From Blepharisma stoltei ATCC 30299 (Eukaryota > Protista > Ciliophora), in assembly GCA_965603825.1 (NCBI GenBank), contig CBFDEM010000017.1, positions 372,001 through 436,000 of the forward strand: DNA of 64,000 nt. Direction: 5' to 3'. A model generated the notes under the pieces. That model was not told where the DNA came from. It saw only the letters and a list, made by a program, of their open reading frames with translations, and ran no database searches. Below, one piece after another: positions 11,892-24,048 of this stretch; the stretch's first letter is position 1; each line of letters starts with the position of its first letter. Made by a program: the position numbers and the translations under genes.

Positions 11892-13156
11892 AATATTTTA
11901 AAGGTAAAAATTATATGGACACCAATTATGATCAACATTCTTAAATGGAACTTTTTTGAGATTAGCTATTAAAGAAATTAACAATTTTTTATCTAGAGAG
12001 AATTCAAAATATAAATTTAACAATCTTAATCTCTTCTTAATATTAACTAAAAGATAGATGGTGTAACTGTATTGATAGCGCTGTCACCAAAGCATCAATG
12101 CTTTGTAACGTCCTTGATTCAGTCTGATAGAATAAGATAGTGATTCACCAGCGAGAATCCCCGGATATATTTCTTCTTCTCTAGCATTTTGTGTATCATA
12201 AATTTAACAATTATGACAATCAGAAGAATATCAAAGTTTCAATTAATATGGACAGATTATTAAAAATTAACTAGCAATAACTAATAGATTGCCTCTTAAA
12301 ATGTAAGAATATTGCAATTTTAAAAGATCCAATTTTGAATTAATTAGTTTCTAAATAAAATAGATCCAAATTATTTATCTTATTTAGAAAAAAAACTTAA
12401 GATTTGAATAACTTTTTTGGCTAAAATTTTCTCAGATTCATTTGTATTTCGTTCAAAAAAATGTTTCTTAAATCAATTATTTTTATGCTACTGATAATGA
12501 AGCAGGCTTTCACATGGAGATGAGCAAGGTTTTCTGAAGGCATAGGAAGGTACTCCTAAATTGCTTTATTTTTGCCAAAAAATTAATGTCAATTAAAGCC
12601 AATTTGTGATGTTAAAGGCACTCTCGAAAATAATAGTCCAATAAGTCCTAGCAAATTATAATTGTTTGGCCTACTTTTGGATATTGCTATTTCATTGAAA
12701 GATCTGTCTTCCAATAATAGTGTCGTGGTGGGCGGCCTTATAGTGGCTTAAATTTTAGCAGACCAATTTTATACCTATTTTATTGCCTCCCCTAAAGCAA
12801 GCTATAGTCTGCCAGAAGACCTCTTAAAATTTTTCATTACAGCTTGAATTCACGTTAGGGCTTCGACACTTACTTCGACCACTTTATCAGATGATTTGAT
12901 TTGGATCAGAATTTCTTAAAATTTATTTTCGGAAACAAAATAATTTCAAAACTAGTAAGCTATAAAAAGAAGAAGACTGAAAAATTAAGGTTTAAGCGTG
13001 TTAAAAGCAATGTTTTTAAAAAACTAGAAATAAATCAAATATATGAATTTTTATTGATTTAAATAATTAATTATTATTAAAATAATCCATACCCATAAGA
13101 TGCTTAATTTAACATCAAAATTGATATAAATTTTATAACAAAATTATTACTTAAAA

Positions 13157-16100
13157 CTATTCCATATCAATTGGCAAAATTTCTGCGAGAATTGAGATCC
13201 GATCAAGATGGTTAATTTGATAATTAAAGTATGGCAAGTAATAGCAAAAGTATAATAGAAGCAAAGCTGTTGAATATACTGCAGTTATAAATATAATAAA
13301 ATCTAAATTATCATTTATGAGATTTTTTGAGTCACGATCTGCCAATAAAAACTCTTGATTTACTTCGCTTTGAATTTTCATGACATTTGTAAGTAATGCA
13401 TAAATTGTTGCTATGGGTGATGCTGTGTAAAATGCCCGATTTTCGCAATCAAATATAACAGCATTGATAGCCGCCTCTGTCCCATAATCTAAAATTTTGG
13501 TGTCAGAGTCAACTTTTTCATATATTCTTTTTCTTAATTCGTGTGACATTACATTTTTCATATCACTATTTCTGAGTTCTTTATTTTTCTCCCTTAAAAT
13601 ATTTGAGGCTTTATTAAGGTTTGACCAGGGAGTGGGAAAATTAATATACTGTGGAACTTTTCTCATGAAATGATGAGAAGTATTTTCTCTAGAATAAATT
13701 GCTAATATTCTAAGATTGGATCGTCTTATACTAAAGTTGCTAAGAAGTCTTGGACGATTTATCATTAAATCTTCACATTTTGGATATAAATAAATGGTAA
13801 TCAAGAGATAATAAGAAGTAGCAGCCATAAAAAAAATCATAAGTCTTTTAATATATTGCATATACACAGAAGTTTTTACTTTTCTTTTTAAGCGATTTCC
13901 CGATATATCAATATTTGATTCTGAGCTATAATCAATTCCATGAATGAGAACGAGTCTATCAATAGCTGAACTCTTAAGCTTGGCTAACGAGGACTGCGCA
14001 TTATTCAAAATAAAATTCCAAAATTCATCATATTTTTTTGATGTCATAATAATGCATCCAACAACGACTAAAACCAGTACCCCAAGTATTAAAAATCCAA
14101 ATATCAAAAGAGTGTATATATAAAGGCTTGTAGTTCTTAATCTTTCTATTTCACAATCTACGAAATCATTCATCATTGAATTGGCTTGGTCATAAAGATA
14201 TCCAGGACTATTAGTTAATACAAATCTGAGATATTTGAGGTAAGATTCATTGGCTGATACAGCTTTAATCATACTTTTGGACTATATAGAAATTACATTT
14301 AATATTATTTCTGATATTGCATCATATAAATTCAAATATTTTGCTTTTGGCTCAGAGCTATCAAAGTAAACTAAAGGTATTGCGGGATTTGTGACAATTT
14401 CTGAACTCTTGCAATATTTCCACTGGTCAAACTTTTCAAAAATGACTTTTTGGACATCTTCTAACTCTACAATCACTTTTTCTAGGTTAGCTATAAAAAT
14501 ATCAATTGGTTGATTAAGTGGATTACTCATTATCAGTGAGTCGATATTTCTGGCTTGATCATAAGACATCCCAAGGTCATACATAAGCTGTCCTATGTTT
14601 TTGAATGAGCTTAGAGACGTTGTTAATGATACGTCAATAATCATATATCCTAAAATAGCTGCCATTGTTGCTACACTTGAAAATACCTAATTTTTTTTTA
14701 CCACAAGGAATAGTACAGCTTGCAAGACTTTGATTTTTCTTTTCGATTCTACTAGTAAACTTTTAGCTTTAGTTGAAAATTTGTGGCCTGCTGAAGATTT
14801 TGAATAATCATCAGAATATAATTTTTTATCCTCATTTTGTCGTGAAGTTATTTTTATTTTATTTGAATAAATTTCTGCTTCGTTTGAAGATTTTTGTAAA
14901 AGATACATGCTGGTAGGTGATAGAAGTTGAGTTTTGATTGAACTTCTTCGAATTGCATCTATTTTATATTTTTCATTGTCATAATCAACGTCTTGGCCAG
15001 CAAAATTAATAAAATGGTCCTCATCCAGTTCTTCTTTTCAGTTTTTTATTTCATATGCGCCGTGAATGATTATGAACTTATTTATTGTCGTTGACTTTAT
15101 TTGTTTTTTCATTTTAATGAAAAGAATTTCTTCGCTATTAAAAGGGACTAGCCAAGGTTCATAGGCTTTCATTTTATTAATGTCTAATGCAGGAATTGCG
15201 ACTGACAATATTTTTCCTATTAAGCTTTTTGACGTAGAGCCAGCATAATAGGGGAAATGCTCAGAATGTCCTATAATAAATCCGTCTTCTGAGGTTATTG
15301 CAATTTCGCGTGTTGCTTTTCTTTGTTCAAAAGTAATCAAGAAATATGCAGAGTTGTGAAATGCCACTAATTTTATTAAAAAATTACACTCAATTAAGTA
15401 TCTCTGAGAATTTTGAATAAATAAATGCTTATGAGATGCTAGTTCAATAGTGCTGCTGCTAAGAACATAATCGTTAATTTCTGATAAGTGGCAAGAGTCA
15501 AAAGGATGAGGAATGAAATTTAGCAGTGAAGTCCCAATTACATTTCCTATTGAACTTTTCAGTAATAGTGATGCTTTTTCATTTAGATACATAATATTAC
15601 AATCAAAGCAAGAAACCAATAATAATGGCACATCTTTTCCATAGTTTTCTAAACTTTTTATATCAGCAAATTGGCCATTAAGTTTCAATCCATTTTTTTT
15701 TCTGTTTATTATTCCTGCTTCTTCATGGTTATTTGAAATATTTTCTAGAAAACTCCCATATAGTTCAAGACCTTCAATATTTTTATACTTTTCAACAAGA
15801 GCTTTAAAATCTCTTGAAAGGGATTTTACATAATTTGTAGCCCTATTTGATAGATTCACAATTTTATGTATTCTTGGAGCTTTCAAAGAAATTTCGATCT
15901 GAAGCTCTATTAGCGCATAGCAAAGTTCTTCATCTTGAGTTTTAATTCTACTGTATTCTTTTAAAAATTCTAAATAGCTTGTTTCAGGAAAAGCTTTGCA
16001 GTTTCTATTTACGAGCCATGTAAAAATCCTTCATTCCTGAATTTCTCCTTCAAGCGAATTCTCTGCATTAGCAATTTTCGACAATTTTACCCTCGCTAAT

Positions 16101-17338
16101 CTTTCATCTTTTATTATGAAAAGACAGTAATTAAATTCTCATATCACAAAAATCTTATCCTTTCGAAATTGATTTGCATTCCAATAATTCTTGAATAAAT
16201 TAAGCACCATAAATTTATCCTCACAGTCTTTATCAGTTAATAAATATCTGAATTTTCTTTCAAATTCAAACTGGTTACTTGGCCTGTCTATATTATTTCC
16301 AAGCTTTTTATAATTTCGCTTAACTAACTTGATTGTAATTAAAAATATTGCTGGCTGTAGAAAAACTGCAAAGACAATAATAATTGTAGCGCTATTTAAA
16401 AGCTCTCCAAAAATAAAAAACGATAATGTCGAAGAAATCATGCTCAACTTACAAGCAACTATTATGTTTTCCAGAACATTATAATATTGCAAAACTTTTA
16501 ATGATTTATAACACACAAAAATAGAGTAGCAAAACAAAAATGATTGATGAATATAAACTATTTCATTGATAAAAAGCACAAATGAAACGCAAGAGAGGAA
16601 ATAAAACAGCCTTATTTGTAAGTCTAATAGAGAATGCGATCTCGATTTAATATTTTTTTCTGGGTTTAAGTGGTTGATATCACATGAAAAGTATTCTAAA
16701 TAAAAGTTAATTGAAATCAAAACTACTAAGCCAAATACTGCTGAAAAAACACCTGGAAGTCCAAAATTAAGTGTCGAGGCAGGTAAGCCACCATATTCAT
16801 CAACTTTTCGAGCATCAATTATTGAGTATTTTGCTACCACTAATAAAATCAAAGTACTCGGAATAAGAGAATATGTTGTAAGTAGCACAGCAATTTTGCG
16901 AGTTCAGAATGATATATAAGTTGGAGGATTTTTTTTTAAATAAATAAAAATTCCGAAGACTGTAAACGACATCACACAAATTGAAATCAGAGAAATTGTC
17001 CCATAAAAACAAAAATTCATGATATCGAAACTTGCACAGATGCTGTCATAGCTTGTCCACCCCATCAGATATCAGATTAAATTATATGAGCTCCAACCTT
17101 TAACCCACATATTTGGATGTCATGCTAGTGAAATTACCTGAAGAGTGTAAACAGCATTGATGAAAATTTCATAACTAAGTTGGAGACTTGGTCTTGTATT
17201 TCTGTTATAGTGTGCTTTAAAAAGTTGGCCAAAAAAAGAATAAAAATAATTCTTGAATTTACTTGAAAATAATGATTGAGAAAGGAATTTGTGAAGATCT
17301 TTGGCCTCATTCTCATTAGATTTCAAAATTTTCGACAT
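13157..17338 (-). CDS. TmcB/TmcC-like membrane PAS-domain protein, copy D (~1383 aa)
   Basis: Sub-ORFs are in one frame via TGA=Trp. Introns at 14687-14701 (GTAAAAAAAAATTAG) and 14282-14296 (GTAATTTCTATATAG). PAS core IMYLNEKASLLLKSSIGNVIGTSLLNFIPHPFDSCH. Confidence 0.85.
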
Positions 17339-18774
17339 TTAATAATTTTTAAAGTATTAAAATCACTGGAGTTATGGTTCTATATTGCGTATTAAATTCA
17401 AAGTTTAAATGATTTTCTATTATAATTAATAAAGTTTCATCAAAGTCTAATCAATAAGGTAATATTTTTATGCAGCTTCTCTAGATATTAAGTAAATAGC
17501 AATAATTTTTATTCCAATAGCAAGACTTTTTTTTTTACATATTCTTATAAGTAAATGCTATATCAATATTTGTTAAATTAAATATAAAGATTATTTTGCC
17601 AAGTTCCATAAATTTAAATAAGATTATTATATCAGTTATTACAGATCCTAAAATGACAAAGAGCCAACACAACTTTAAGATTATAATAAATCCATTATAT
17701 ATTTAAGCATGATTTTAAAATATTTAAATATGAATTGAAATTAAAATATAGCATTTAAAAGTTTTATTTAAACAACATTTTAGATATCTAAAGCTGCTTC
17801 AAAATGTTATTCAAATACGGAAAAAGGAAGTGGAGAGCTTTGGGCAATTTATCATTAAATTTTTAATTTTTTTGGTATAGCTCATGAATAGGGGAGTTAG
17901 GCATAGGAAGGCACTCCTAAATTGCTTTATTTTGGCTCAAATTTAATTTCAATTAAAGCTAATTTGCGATGTTAAAGGCACCCTCAAAAATAATTGCCCA
18001 ATAAGTCTCTAGCAAGTTATAATTGTTTACCTACTTTTGGATATTGTTATTTCATTGGAAGATCTTCATTCTAATAATAGTGCTGCGGTGGGCGGGACCT
18101 TTATACTGGCTTGAATTTTAGCAGACCCATTTATACCTATTTTATCGGCCTCCCCTACAGCAGTAAGCTATCCTCTGTCAGAAAACCTCTTAAAATTTTT
18201 CATTATAGTTGAATTCAAGTTAGGACCTCTAAATTACTTCGGCCATTTTATCAGATAATTTGATCTGGTCAGAATTTTTTAAAATTTATTTTCGGAAACA
18301 AAATAAGTTAAGATTCAGTGTGCTGAACCCATTTTGAGTTGTTTATCATAAGTGAAATTCTTCTCCACAAATCAAGTTACAAGTTATTGAACTCTAAGAG
18401 TCACATAAATCCTTAGATAGAAGAAAAAACCTGTAAGTCGTGAATTTGTTTTTACCATTAATATAGCCATCCTTCGACGGCTCACCAAGATCACCTAAAT
18501 TGATATTTCCTGCGGTTTAAAGTGTATATTATAATTTAATTGCGTTATTATCTAATTTAGTCCTCAATTATAAGTAAGCTATAAAAAAAAGAAGAAGACT
18601 AATTATTTGAAAAATTAAGGTTTAAGCATTTTAAAAGCAATTTTTTTAAAAAACTAATAATTTTTAATTTATTTAAATAATTAATTATTATTAAATAATT
18701 CAATATCCATAGCTGGATACTTAATTTTAACATCAAAATTGATATACATTTTAAAACAAAGCTATTACTTAAAA

Positions 18775-21700
18775 CTATTCCATATCAATTGGCAAAATTT
18801 CTGCGAGAATTGAGATCCGATCAAGATGATGAATTTGATAATTAAAGTATTGCAAATAATAGCAAAAGTATAATAGAAACAAAGCTGCTGAATATACTGC
18901 AGTTATAGATATTATAAAATCTAAATTATCATTTATGAGATTTTTTGAGTCGCGATCTGCCAATAAAAATTCTTGATTTATTTCGCTTTGAATTTTCATG
19001 ACATTTGTAAATACTGAGTAAATTGTTGCTAAGGGTAAGGCTGTAAAAAATGCCCGATTTTCGCAATCAAATATAACAGCATTGATAGCCGCTTCTGTCC
19101 CATAATCTAAAACCTTGGTGTCAGAGTCAACTTTTTCGAATATTCTTTTTCTTAATTCGTGTGACATTACATTTTTCATATCACTGTCTCTGAGTTCTTT
19201 ATTTTTCTCTCTTAAAATATTTGAGGCTTTATTAAGGCTTGCCCAGGGAGTGGGAAAATTAATATACTGTGGAACTTTTCTCATGAAATGATGAGAAGTA
19301 TTTTCTCTAGAATAAATTGCTAATATTCTAAGATTGGATCGCAATATACTAAAGTTGCTAAGAAGTTTTGGACGATTTATCATTAAATCTTCACATTTTG
19401 GATATAAATAGATGGTAATCAAAAGATAATAAGAACTAGCAGCCATAAAAAAAATCATAAGTCTTTTAATATATTGCATATAAACAGAAATTTTTACTTT
19501 TCTTTTTAAGCGATTTCCAGATATATCAATATTTGATTCTAAGCTATAATCAATTCCATGAATGAGAACGAGTCTATCAATAGCTGAACTTTTAAGCTTG
19601 GCTAACGAGGACTGCGCATTATTCAAAATAAAATTCCAAAATTCATCATATTTTTTTGATGTTATAATAATACATCCAACAACGACTAAAACCAATACCC
19701 CAAGTATTAAAAATCCAAATATCAAAAGAGTGTATATATAAATGCCTGTAGTTCTTATTCGTTCTATTTCACAATCGACAAAATCATTCATCATTGAATT
19801 GGCTTGATCATAAAGATATCCAGGACTATTAGTTAATACAAATCTGAGATATTTGAGGTAAGATTCATTTGCAAATATAGCTTTAATCATACTTTTTGAC
19901 TATATAGAAATTACATTTAATATTATTTCTGATATTGCATCATATAAATTCAAATATTTTGCTTTTGGCTCAGAGCTATCGAAATAAACTAAAGGTATTG
20001 TTGGATTTGTGACAATTTCTGCGCTCTTACAATATTTTCACTGGTCAAACTTTTCAAAAATGACTTTTTGGACATCTTCTAACTCTACATTCACTCTTTC
20101 TAGATTAGCTGCATAAGTATCAATTGGTTGATTAAGTGGATTACTCATTATGAGAGAGTCGATATTTCTTGCTTGATCATAAGACATCCCAAGGTCATAC
20201 AAAAGCTGTCCTATATTTTTGAATGAGCTTAGAGACGTTGCTAATGACACATCAATAATCATATATCCTAAAATAGCTGCCATTGTTACTACGCCTGAAA
20301 ATACCTAATTTTTTTTTACCACAAGGAATAGCACAATTTGTAAGACTTTGATTTTTCTTTTTGATTCTAAAAGTAAGCTTTTAGCTTCATTTGAAAGTTT
20401 GTGGCCTGCTGAAGATTTTGAATAATCATCAGAATACAATTTTTTATCCTCATTTTGTCGTGAAGTTATTTTTATTTCATTTGAATAAATTTCTGCTTCA
20501 TTTGAAGATTTTTGTAAAAGATACATGCTGGTAGGTGATAGAAATTGATTTTTGATTGAACTTCTTCGAATTTCATCTAATTTATATTTTTCAGTGTTAA
20601 AATCAGAGTCTTGTTCAGCAAAATTAATCAATTGGTCCTCATCTAGTTCTTCTTTTCAGTTTTTTATTTCATATGCATCGTGAATGATTATGAACTTATT
20701 TATTGTCGTTGACTTTATTTGTTTTTTCATTTTAATGAAGAGAATTTCTTCGCTATTAAAAAGGACTCGCCAAGGCTCATAGGCTTTCATTTTATTAATG
20801 TCTAATCCTGGAATTTCTGCTGACAATATTTTTCCTATTAAGCTTTTTGACGTAGAGCCAGCATAATAGGGGAAATGCTCAGAATGTCCTATAATAAATC
20901 CGTCTTCTGAGGTTATTGCGATTTCGCGTGTTAATTTTCTTTGTTCGAAAGTAATCAAGAAATATGCAGAGTTGTGGAATGCCACTAATTTTATTAAAAA
21001 ATTACACTCAATTAAGTATCTTTGAGCATTTTGAATAAATAAATGCCTATGAGATGCTAGTTCAATAGTGCTGCTACTAAGAACATAATCGTTAATTTCT
21101 GCTAAGTGGCAAGAGTCAAAAGGATGAGGAATGAAATTTAGCAGTGAAGTCCCAATTACATTTCCTATTGAACTTTTCAGTAATAGTGATGCTTTTTCAT
21201 TTAGATACATAATATTACAATCAAAGCAAGAAACCAATAATAATGGCACATCTTTTCCATAGTTTTCTATATTTTTTATATCGGTAAATTGGCTATTAAT
21301 TTTCAGTCCATTTTTTTTTCTGTTTATTATTCCTGCTTCTTCATGGTTATTTGAAATATTTTCTAGAAAACTCTCATATAGTTCAAAACCTTCAATATTT
21401 TTATACTTTTCAACAAGAGCTTTAAAATCTCTTGAAAGGGATTTTACATAATTTGTAGTCCTATTAGCGAGATTCACAATTTTATTTATTCTTGGAGCTT
21501 TCAAAGAAATTTCGATCTGAAGCTCTATTATCGCATAGCAAAGTTCTTCATCCTCATTTCTAATCCTACTGTATTCTTTTAAAAATTCTAAATAGCTTGT
21601 TTCAGGAAAAGCTTTGCAGTTTCTATTTACAGGTCATGTAAAAATCCTTCATTCCTGAATTTCTCCTTCAAGCGAGTTCTCTGCATTAGCAATTTTCGAC

Positions 21701-22956
21701 AATTTTACCCTCGCTAATCTTTCATCTTTTATTATGAAAAGACAGTAATTAAATTCTCATATCACAAAAATCTTATCCTTTCGAAATTGATTTGCATTCC
21801 AATAATTCTTGAATAAATTAAGCACCATAAATTTATCCTCACAGTCTTTATCAGTTAATAAATGTCTGAATTTTCTTTCAAATTCAAATTGGTTACTTGG
21901 CTTGCCTATATTATTTCCAAGCTTTTTATAATTTCGCTTAACTAACTTGATTGTAATTAAAAATATTGCTGGCTGTAGAAAAACTGCAAAGACAATAATA
22001 ATTGTAGCGCTATTTAAAAGCTCTCCAAAAATAAAAAACGATAATGTCGAAGAAATCATGCTCAACTTACAAGCAACTATTATGTTTTCCAGAACATTAA
22101 AATATTGCAAAACTGTTAATGATTTATAACACACAAAAATAGAGTAGCAAAACAAAAATGATTGATGAATATAAACTATTTCGTTGATAAAAAGCACAAA
22201 TGAAACGCAAGAGAGGAAATAAAACAGCCTTATTTGTAAGTCTAATAGAGAATGCGATCTCGATTTAATATTTTTTTCTGGGTTTGAATGGTTGATATCA
22301 CATGAAAAGTATTCTAAATAGAAGTTAATTGAAATCAAAACTACTAAGCCAAATACTGCTGAAAAAACACCTAAAAGTCCAAAATTAAGCGTAGAGGCAG
22401 TCAAGCCACCATATTCATCAACTGTTCGAGCATCAATTATTGAGTATTTTGCCACCACTAATAAAATCAAAGTACTCGGAATAAGGGAATATGTTGTAAG
22501 TAGCACAGCAATTTTGCGAGTTCAGAATGATATATAAGCTGGAGGATTTTTTTTTAAATATATGAAAATTCCAAAGACTGTAAATGACACCAAACACATT
22601 GAAATCAGAGAAATTGTCCCATAAAAGCAAAAATTCATTATATCGAAACCTACACAAATGCTGTCATAACTTGCTCACCCTATCAGATATCAGATTAAAT
22701 TATATGAGCTCCAACCTTTAACCCACATATTTGGATGTCATGCTAATGAAATTACCTGAAGAGTGTAAACAGCATTGATGAAAATTTCACAACTGAGTTG
22801 GAGACTTGGTCTTGTATTTCTGTTATAGTGTACTTTAAAAAGTTGGCCAAAAAAAGAATAAAAATAATTCTTGAATCTGCTCGAAAATAATGATTGAGAA
22901 AGGAATTTGTGAAGATCTTTGGCCTCATTCTCATTAGATTTCAAAATTTTTGACAT
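18775..22956 (-). CDS. TmcB/TmcC-like membrane PAS-domain protein, copy E (~1383 aa; recent duplicate of D)
   Basis: Same length as D, with a constant 5618-nt offset across the CDS. Introns at 20305-20319 and 19900-19914. Confidence 0.85.
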
Positions 22957-23424
22957 TTAATAATTTTTAAAGTATTAAAATCGCTGGAATTATGGCTCGA
23001 TGTTGCATATTAAATTCAAAGTTTTAATGATTTTCTAAGTATAATTAATAAAGCTTCATCAAGGTAAATTTTTATACAACTTCTCTAGACATTAAGCAAA
23101 TAATAATAATAATTATTACTATTCCAATAAAAAGACCTTTTTTTTTAAACCACATATGCTAATAATTAAATGCTATATCAATATTTGTTAAATTAAATTT
23201 GAAGATTTTTTTGCCAACTTCTTTGAAGTTTAAATTAATTATACTTATCATTTCAATAGAATCATCTTTCTTGCAATCTATTTATTATTATATCTTATTA
23301 TTATAAAAAACAAGCGCTCAGCTATTAAATTTCTCATTGAACCTTTGCCTCTTGGCATATCTTAGACCTCTAAACCTTAAAACTTAAACATCTTTTAAAG
23401 TTTGATTAATAATAATGAAAATTA

Positions 23425-23669
23425 TTGAAAATTCCACATAACTACTAAGCCCAAAACCGAAATAAAAAATCCTGGAAGGTTAGAATCAAGCATAGAAGAA
23501 GGTAAACCGCAATACTCATTATTTTTTTCAGCATTAATTACACTCACTTTAAAAAGCTGACCGAAAAACCCATAAAAGTAATTCTTAAAGCTGCTTGAAA
23601 ATAATAAGCGAGCAAAAAACTTTGAAAGTCCTTTCCCTCATTCATTGCAGATTGAAAATTATTTGGCAT
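23425..23669 (-). pseudogene. Array relic: N-terminal fragment with frameshift and internal deletion
   Basis: MPNNFQSAMNEGKDFQSF.. / LFSSSFKNYFYGFFGQLFKV is fused directly to the much later INAEKNNEYCGLPSSMLD..GFFISVLGLVV segment, then homology ends. Confidence 0.75.
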
Positions 23670-24048
23670 TTATTAGCAACAGAAATATGTTTTATAAGCT
23701 TTTAAATCAAACAGAAATTGTGGAAAATTCCAGAATTACAGACGAATAGCCTAACCTTCAGAATAATTTAATAAATTTCATTTTATTAAAATTTGAATTT
23801 TAAAATCAAGAAATATAATCTGAAAAATTAGATATAGAATTAGGATATAATAGAGATAAATTAAAAAACTTATAAGTTAGAATAATAAAAACATTGAGAT
23901 AAATAATCAATTTTTTTAAATTTTATGATATCAAATTTGAGAATAAACAAAATCTCGCTTCAGGTTTCTAGGTGATTCTCAATCAATTTATTGTTTTTTT
24001 TTTTTAATTTATTGATATTTTATAAAATGGTTTATTTATATTTACTAG

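Larger units (their letters stand above)
12540..23240. repeat. Recent tandem segmental duplication (approx. 12540-17620 vs 17900-23240) covering genes D/E and their flanks
   Basis: Near-identical CDS plus alignable non-coding flanks, e.g. gcataggaaggyactcctaaattgctttat at about 12540 and 17901. Boundaries are approximate. Confidence 0.85.
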
